From positions 896,001-960,000 of the forward strand of contig JAXGZN010000001.1 in assembly GCA_040776945.1 (NCBI GenBank): a stretch of 64,000 nt of DNA, in the 5' to 3' direction. Shown here one piece after another: positions 58,463 to 64,000 of this stretch. The position numbers and the translations under genes are program-made. Within the stretch, counting starts at the first letter, position 1, and every line of letters starts with the position of its first letter. This DNA is from Methanomassiliicoccaceae archaeon. GTDB taxonomy: Archaea > Thermoplasmatota > Thermoplasmata > Methanomassiliicoccales > Methanomassiliicoccaceae. Under the pieces are notes generated by a model. It worked only from the letters and a program-made list of their open reading frames with translations. It had not been told where the DNA came from and did no database searches.

Positions 58463-58858
58463 ATGGTAGAGTTCAAGGCTGTCATTAATGATGTGAAGAC
58501 CGGAAAGTCGTACCAGGTCGCGGTCGCCGGGCATCACGCTAACTCCCTTATCGGCAAGAAGATCGGGGATGTCGTGGACGGCATCTTCGTGAGCCTTCCC
58601 GGATACAAGCTGACCATCGCTGGCGGGAGCGACAGGGACGGCGTTCCCATGCGCGCTGACCTCCCCGGCGTAAGGCGAAAGAACATCCTCCTTTCCAAGA
58701 GCATCGGCTTCACTTCCAATGAGCAGGGATTGAGGCGGCGCAAGCTGGTCCGCGGGAACACAGTTTCCACGGACACCACCCAGATCAACATGGTCATTTC
58801 CTCAGTAGGATCCAAATCGGTCGAGGACCTTCTTCCCAAGAAAGAGGAGAAGAAATGA
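58463..58858 (+). CDS. rps6e: 30S ribosomal protein S6e
   Basis: [37 protein letters not shown]. Confidence 0.97.
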   Translation: MVEFKAVINDVKTGKSYQVAVAGHHANSLIGKKIGDVVDGIFVSLPGYKLTIAGGSDRDGVPMRADLPGVRRKNILLSKSIGFTSNEQGLRRRKLVRGNTVSTDTTQINMVISSVGSKSVEDLLPKKEEKK

Positions 58859-60078
58859 AGGTCGGCCGGCAGCCTGAGGTCAATATCGGGATGATCGGTC
58901 ACGTGGACCACGGCAAGACGACCTTGACCAGGGCGTTGAGCGAGGAATGGACCGACCGGCACTCCGAGGAGATCAAGAGAGGCATCTCCATACGACTCGG
59001 CTACGCCGACACCGCTTTCTACCGCTGCCCAAAGTGCGACAAGTACACTACCAGGGACCACTGCCCGGAGTGCGGGGAGCAGGCCGAGTTCCTGAGGGCC
59101 ATATCCTTCGTGGACGCTCCGGGCCACGAGACGCTGATGGCGACCATGCTCTCCGGTGCGGCCATGATGCAGGGCGCTCTCCTGTTGGTCGCGGCCAACG
59201 AACACTGCCCGCAGCCGCAGACCAAGGAGCATCTTATGGCCTTGTCCATTATCGGCGTGGACAGGATCATCATCGTTCAGAACAAGATAGACATCGTGAC
59301 CAAGGAAGAGGCTTTGGAGAACTACCGCGAGATCAAACGCTTCGTCAAGGGGACCATTGCCGAGAACGCTCCCATCATACCTGTCTCAGCCCACCACGAC
59401 GTCAACATCGACAAGCTCATAGAGGCCATCGAGAAGTATATACCGACCCCCCGTCCAGATAAGGACAAGCCCCCCATGATGTACGTGGCAAGGTCCTTCG
59501 ACATCAACATCCCCGGCTCCTCGCCAGACTTCTTGAAAGGAGGGGTACTGGGAGGTTCGCTCACCCAAGGCGTGCTAAGGGTCGGAGACGAGATCGAGGT
59601 GCTTCCCGGCCGAAAGGTCGAGATCAGCGGCAAGACCTCTTGGGAGAGGATCACCACGACAGTTCATTCCCTGCACACAGGGAACACCACTCTGGAAGAG
59701 GCCAGCCCTGGTGGCCTTATAGCCATAGGCACCAAACTGGACCCCGCGCTGACCAAGTCGGACGGCCTGACCGGCCGAGTCGTGGGTAAGCCTGGAACGC
59801 TGCCTCCGGTGCTGCACAAGTTCATGATGACCACCCATCTCTTGGAGAGGGTGGTCGGGGCCGCCGAGGATCTGGTGGTCGACAACATCAAGACCAATGA
59901 GCCCCTGATGCTGAGCATCGGGACCGCGACGACCGTGGGCGTCGTGACCAGCGCCCGTGGGGACCAATCAGAGGTGGCGCTCAAGATACCAGTGTGCGCG
60001 CACGTGGGCCAGCGCGTTGCTATATCCAGGCGCATATCCGGCAAGTGGCGGCTCATCGGATACGGCATAATCCAGTAG
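58855..60078 (+). CDS. eif2g: Translation initiation factor aIF2 gamma subunit
   Basis: [29 protein letters not shown], zinc ribbon, DAPGHE, QNKID, RVAISRR...WRLIGYG. Confidence 0.97.
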   Translation: MKVGRQPEVNIGMIGHVDHGKTTLTRALSEEWTDRHSEEIKRGISIRLGYADTAFYRCPKCDKYTTRDHCPECGEQAEFLRAISFVDAPGHETLMATMLSGAAMMQGALLLVAANEHCPQPQTKEHLMALSIIGVDRIIIVQNKIDIVTKEEALENYREIKRFVKGTIAENAPIIPVSAHHDVNIDKLIEAIEKYIPTPRPDKDKPPMMYVARSFDINIPGSSPDFLKGGVLGGSLTQGVLRVGDEIEVLPGRKVEISGKTSWERITTTVHSLHTGNTTLEEASPGGLIAIGTKLDPALTKSDGLTGRVVGKPGTLPPVLHKFMMTTHLLERVVGAAEDLVVDNIKTNEPLMLSIGTATTVGVVTSARGDQSEVALKIPVCAHVGQRVAISRRISGKWRLIGYGIIQ

Positions 60079-60084
60079 GCGTCC

Positions 60085-60441
60085 ATGCCCCGCGTGGTAT
60101 TGGACACCAACGCTCTTCTCCTTCCGTTCGAGCGATCGATCAACATCGACGCTCAGCTCCGCTCCCTTTTAGGCGAATGTCAGGTTTTCGTGCCCGGGCC
60201 CATTGTGGGCGAGCTGAAACGCTCCACGAGCAAGCACGCCCCGGCTGCACTGCGGCTATTATCAAGGTACACCATCGAGGACACTAAGGCATCAGGGGAC
60301 AGAGCGGTCATCGAGCTCGCCGAGCGGCTGGACGCGTATGTGGTAACCAACGACCGCGCGCTAATAGGGAAGCTTCGGCAGAGAAGGATAAAAGTTATCG
60401 CGATGAGGGGAGGCAGCCACCTCGCCCTCGATGATGGTTAG
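60085..60441 (+). CDS. PIN-domain protein (Fcf1/Utp24-like)
   Basis: VVLDTNAL, V..EL, GD...., VVTND..L; usual position downstream of aIF2gamma. Confidence 0.9.
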   Translation: MPRVVLDTNALLLPFERSINIDAQLRSLLGECQVFVPGPIVGELKRSTSKHAPAALRLLSRYTIEDTKASGDRAVIELAERLDAYVVTNDRALIGKLRQRRIKVIAMRGGSHLALDDG

Positions 60442-61256
60442 ATAAGCGGACGGGGCGGGTCCTCAGGCGATGTGACATTGGGATGCTTGATCTGCTCCAG
60501 CCTGGTCTTCAGGAGGGACTCTCCCCACAGCGAGGCGGCATAGATCGGGACCTTATTGCCGACCTGGAACAATGCGCGCTGCTTGGCCTCGGCCCATACC
60601 GCGCTGGACGCGCAGGCGGTGACGATGTCGCAGGTGTTGAAGAACTCCTCCGCCTCCTCCTTAGTGCGGCCAGAAGTGTGCACCGCGAAAATGCCGACCC
60701 TCTGCCCGAACTCGTCCCTGATCCTCCTTGCGTCCGAGGCCTTCGCCACGCTCACGCCCACCCGTTTGAACCCTCGGACGAAGGCCAGCATGGTGCCGGC
60801 GAACTGGTCGATCCTTGCGCTCTTGGCATCGAGCACCATGTCCCGGCCGATGGCCTCGATGACCTCGGGTATGGGCGTGGTCTCCACGATGCCGGAAACC
60901 CTGCCGCCGATCCCCTGGATGACCTCCGGGTCCGATACCACGGCAGTGCCGGCGCCCTCGCACACCACCACCGCCGCGTCCAGCATGCCCTTGGAGACGG
61001 CCATGCCCAGCAGCTCGGACACTCCGAAGCTCAGGTAGTCCCTCATGCGCATCTTGCGGTGGGGAGTGCACATGCCGAAGTCCCGGATGCGGAACTCGAT
61101 GTTCTCCCTTACCGCCTCGGGAGTGATGATCTGGATGTTCCTGACCTTGGCGAAGAGGGGACAGTACTCTATCTCCGGCATACCCACCTCCACGACCTTT
61201 CCGTCCTTGATCACCACCCTGGTCCTACCCAGGGCTTCGATGACATGCCTGTCCAT
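60438..61256 (-). CDS. Methanogenesis marker protein 8 (DUF2099)
   Basis: DRHVIEALG, YCPLF, NIEFRI.DFGMCT, SFGVSE, VCEGAGT, QGIGGRVSG, DIVTACAS. Confidence 0.92.
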   Translation of the reverse strand: MDRHVIEALGRTRVVIKDGKVVEVGMPEIEYCPLFAKVRNIQIITPEAVRENIEFRIRDFGMCTPHRKMRMRDYLSFGVSELLGMAVSKGMLDAAVVVCEGAGTAVVSDPEVIQGIGGRVSGIVETTPIPEVIEAIGRDMVLDAKSARIDQFAGTMLAFVRGFKRVGVSVAKASDARRIRDEFGQRVGIFAVHTSGRTKEEAEEFFNTCDIVTACASSAVWAEAKQRALFQVGNKVPIYAASLWGESLLKTRLEQIKHPNVTSPEDPPRPLI

Positions 61257-61333
61257 GATGCTCCCTTCCGGTCGGTCCTGGCAGACGCGTCAAAGTATAA
61301 ATATGCTGTCCGGAATAGAACGTGTAAGAAATG

Positions 61334-61347
61334 CTGGTAGCTACCAG
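61334..61347. promoter_or_regulatory. Perfect 14-bp palindrome CTGGTAGCTACCAG, candidate RbkR operator
   Basis: Lies between a TATA-like AAAGTATAAATA (~61292-61303) and the ribK ATG at 61367. Confidence 0.5.
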
Positions 61348-61366
61348 TTCTCTAGGGAGCAGACCT

Positions 61367-62026
61367 ATGAACGAGAAGTTCGCCATAGCGTTGAAGCAGA
61401 TAGCCCTCCTGGGTGGGATCAACGACCATATCGCCATATCCTCAAGGGAGCTGGGGGACCGGCTGCGCATAAGCCAGCAATCAGCGTCCAAGCGCATCTT
61501 GGAGCTGCTGGAGGAAGGCTACATCCAGAGGGACCTGGGCGCGAGGAAGCAGCGCATCCGGATCACCAAGAAAGGCCTGGATGCGCTGCGGGCCGAGTAC
61601 CTAGAATATCAGAGGATATTCGAGCAGAGGGACCATCTGCTGATCCGGGGGGCCGTCTCCACCGGTATGGGCGAGGGGCAGTATTACGTCACCCAGCCTG
61701 GGTACCAGGAGCAGTTCAGGGACAAGCTGGGTTTTGTCCCCTTCGAGGGCACGCTGAACCTGAAGATGAGCCCACCCGACGTCGGCAAGCTGGACATCCT
61801 CAGGAAGAGCGAGGGCGTGGTGATCGACGGTTTCCAGCGCAATGGGCGGACGTTCGGCGACGTAAGGTGTTTCCCCGCCACCATCCAGAACATCGAGTGC
61901 GCCGTGATCCTGCCGTCCCGCTCGCATTACAGCGACATCATGGAGGTTCTCTGCAAGTACAACCTGCGGAGGACGCTGGGACTGGCGGACGGTGATATCG
62001 TGGAGATCCGCATCAGGGTAGAGTGA
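61367..62026 (+). CDS. ribK: CTP-dependent riboflavin kinase with N-terminal winged HTH (RbkR type)
   Basis: SSRELG..L.ISQQSASKR HTH; G.V.TG.GEG.YY, GF.PF.GTLN, P.RSHY, LR..LGL.DGD. Confidence 0.94.
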   Translation: MNEKFAIALKQIALLGGINDHIAISSRELGDRLRISQQSASKRILELLEEGYIQRDLGARKQRIRITKKGLDALRAEYLEYQRIFEQRDHLLIRGAVSTGMGEGQYYVTQPGYQEQFRDKLGFVPFEGTLNLKMSPPDVGKLDILRKSEGVVIDGFQRNGRTFGDVRCFPATIQNIECAVILPSRSHYSDIMEVLCKYNLRRTLGLADGDIVEIRIRVE

Positions 62027-62863
62027 TCAAAACCGCTTGCTCACGTGGTCCAGCACCGAGCGGAAGATCACCTGGCCATCCCCTCGTTCGTCCGGCCTGC
62101 CGCCCGTTCTCGTCCAATCGGGGTGCTGGTACCGGAACATCGCCCTCTCTGGATGAGGCATTAGGCCCATGACGTTGCCCTCTGGATTGCATATGCCCGC
62201 CAGATTGCTGACCGCTCCGTTGGGGCACCACGGGTAATCGCCATGATCCCCTTCCGGGGTCACATAGCGGAACACCACCTGGTCGTTGTCCTCCAGTCTC
62301 TGGACGAACTCTTGCTCGCGCTCGGCAGGGAAGCGGAGGTTCCCCTCGGCGTGGGCGCTGGGAAACATCACCACCTCTCCCCGGGGAAGGAGCGAGGTGA
62401 AAGCGCACCGCCCGTGGTTCTCATGCTTCAAGAAGGTGGGGCGGCACTCGAAGCGCCCTGACACGTTGGTGTACAGGGCGGCCTGTGGCTCCTCGCTCAT
62501 GACCTCGTCGAAGGAAGGGAGCACTCCCAGCTCCACTAGGATCTGGAAGCCGTTGCAGACACCGAGCACCGGGCGTCCGGAGGAGATGAAGTTCTCCAGA
62601 CCGGCCGCAAGATGGCTCTTTATGCGGGCGGCAAATATCGCCCCCGCTCGAACGTAGTCCCCGGCGGAGAAGCCTCCGGGGAGCATGAGCACATGGTAGT
62701 CGTCCAGGTCCCGCCGCAGCTCTTCCGGGCCTCTTCCGATCAGCTGCTTAAGGTGTACCTTCTCCGGCGAGGCCCCCAGGGTCTTGAAGGCCTCGTACGC
62801 CTCCTGCTCGCAGTTCGTCCCCTCAATGCGGAGAACACAGACCTTGATCTCATCGACATCCAT
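62027..62863 (-). CDS. purQ: Phosphoribosylformylglycinamidine synthase subunit PurQ
   Basis: EGTNCE.E, PGGFSAGDY, GVCNGFQIL, AHAEG, PNG, MPHPER. Confidence 0.96.
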   Translation of the reverse strand: MDVDEIKVCVLRIEGTNCEQEAYEAFKTLGASPEKVHLKQLIGRGPEELRRDLDDYHVLMLPGGFSAGDYVRAGAIFAARIKSHLAAGLENFISSGRPVLGVCNGFQILVELGVLPSFDEVMSEEPQAALYTNVSGRFECRPTFLKHENHGRCAFTSLLPRGEVVMFPSAHAEGNLRFPAEREQEFVQRLEDNDQVVFRYVTPEGDHGDYPWCPNGAVSNLAGICNPEGNVMGLMPHPERAMFRYQHPDWTRTGGRPDERGDGQVIFRSVLDHVSKRF

Positions 62864-62867
62864 AATA

Positions 62868-64000
62868 TCACCCCAGGAGCCGCCACAGCGGCTCGGACCA
62901 AGCCTTCCTCATAGCCGGGACCTTAAGGTCAACGATGGTCTTGCGGCCATCCTTGATGGTCATCCTGCCTCTCCCCACGATGCCGATCTGGATGGCATGT
63001 CCGCCGGCGATGGATTCGAACTCGCCGCGCCTCGCGACGTCCACCTCGACGATGAACCTCGAGGCGCTCTCCGAGAACAACTTCGCCTCTGCGGGCAGGT
63101 CTCCCATTCCTGAGAGGTCGCCCTCAAAGCCCAGGTCCCCGCCCAGGCACATCTCCGCCAGGGTGACCGCCAGGCCGCCGTCGGCACAGTCATGGCAGCT
63201 CCGTATTAGGCCCCTGGACATCGCTTCCAGGAGCATGTCGGAGCGGGCGGACAGCGCGGCGCTGTCGACCTCTGGCACGCGTCCGCCGCGCCCTCCATAG
63301 CGGCGGTAGAGCGCAGAGGCGCCCATCTCTTCCCGGGTCTCGCCGATGATGTATACAGGATCGCCCTCGACCTTGAGATCGGTGGTGACGCACCTGCGGA
63401 TATCGTCCACGATGCCTACTCCGAGCACCGTCGGGGTCGGCAGCGCCGGACCATTTGCTGTTTCATTGTAGAACGAGACGTTGCCGGACGGCACGGCGAG
63501 ATTCAGGTCCCTTGCCATCTCGCCTATCCCGCGCACAGCCTCCTTGAACTCGAACAGACGCTCGGGCTTCTCCGGGTTGCCGAAGTTCAGACAGTCGGTT
63601 AGCGCGTGCGGCCTGCCTCCGGCGGACACGATGTTGCGGCAAGCCTCGTCCACCGAATTGCGCCCGCCGTTGAACGGATCTAGCGCGGTGAACCACGGGT
63701 TGACGCCCACCGCGATGGCCAGACCGCGGAACGATCCAGGCAGCGGCTTGAGCACCGTAGCATCCGCGGGACCGCGGTATCCGGGCTTTCCCTGCAGAGG
63801 CTTGATGATGGTCGAAGCGCGCACCTCGTGATCGTACTGTGATATCACCCAGTCCTTGCACGCGATATTGGGGTCGGCGAGCGTGGATAGGACCACGGAG
63901 TTCAGTCCGTCCGGCAGTTGAGGTGCCCGATGCTCCTCCCTCGGGCCGCTGGAGGCCGCGATCGGCCGGCAGTACTCCGGCCCTCTCGTCAGGAACTCCA
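62868..64000 (-). CDS. purL: Phosphoribosylformylglycinamidine synthase subunit PurL (5' part outside the window)
   Basis: QYDHEV, TDCLNFGNPEKP, SGNVSFYNE, HD..DGGL, LFSE. Confidence 0.96.
   Translation of the reverse strand, partial: EFLTRGPEYCRPIAASSGPREEHRAPQLPDGLNSVVLSTLADPNIACKDWVISQYDHEVRASTIIKPLQGKPGYRGPADATVLKPLPGSFRGLAIAVGVNPWFTALDPFNGGRNSVDEACRNIVSAGGRPHALTDCLNFGNPEKPERLFEFKEAVRGIGEMARDLNLAVPSGNVSFYNETANGPALPTPTVLGVGIVDDIRRCVTTDLKVEGDPVYIIGETREEMGASALYRRYGGRGGRVPEVDSAALSARSDMLLEAMSRGLIRSCHDCADGGLAVTLAEMCLGGDLGFEGDLSGMGDLPAEAKLFSESASRFIVEVDVARRGEFESIAGGHAIQIGIVGRGRMTIKDGRKTIVDLKVPAMRKAWSEPLWRLLG

Noticed and set aside
1-64000. CRISPR arrays, cas genes, intact transposases, rRNA, inteins
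   Set aside because: No regularly spaced repeats or such genes seen; aIF5B and Cdc48 are of normal length.

Overview
GC-rich archaeal chromosome segment, most likely Methanomassiliicoccales/Thermoplasmata (inferred from methanogenesis marker 8, Elp3, VAT/Cdc48, HTH-RibK, the rpl7ae-rps28e-rpl24e-ndk-aIF5B and rps6e-aIF2gamma-PIN clusters, and GGTG/GGAG Shine-Dalgarno motifs). It holds about 58 coding genes; I found no rRNA, convincing tRNA or CRISPR array. Main blocks: (1) an HTH regulator / small beta-barrel protein / elp3 operon; the small protein ends in a proteasome-docking-type HbYX tail (VYYR), as does the nearby Cdc48 (GVYR). (2) A ~22-kb envelope glycosylation locus (11.6-33.8 kb) with four GT-C-type membrane glycosyltransferases (one PIG-M/GT87-like with a membrane-anchored partner, three ~1,050-1,200-aa YfhO/AftD-like paralogs with carbohydrate-binding-like modules), four GT2, three GT4 and a heptose pathway (HddA kinase plus a GmhA-GmhB fusion). 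(3) An amino-acid ABC importer / ilvE / rubrerythrin / 2-oxoacid:ferredoxin oxidoreductase run. (4) A translation gene cluster split between aIF5B and rps6e by an ~11-kb accessory block ending in a decayed tyrosine-integrase fragment. Finer signals: a K-turn over the rpl7ae ribosome-binding site, a probable ATC start codon, operator-like palindromes before the HTH gene and rbkR, a circularly permuted solute-binding protein, and frequent TAG stops (14 of 57 by manual count). All family calls come from motif recognition by eye, not database searches.
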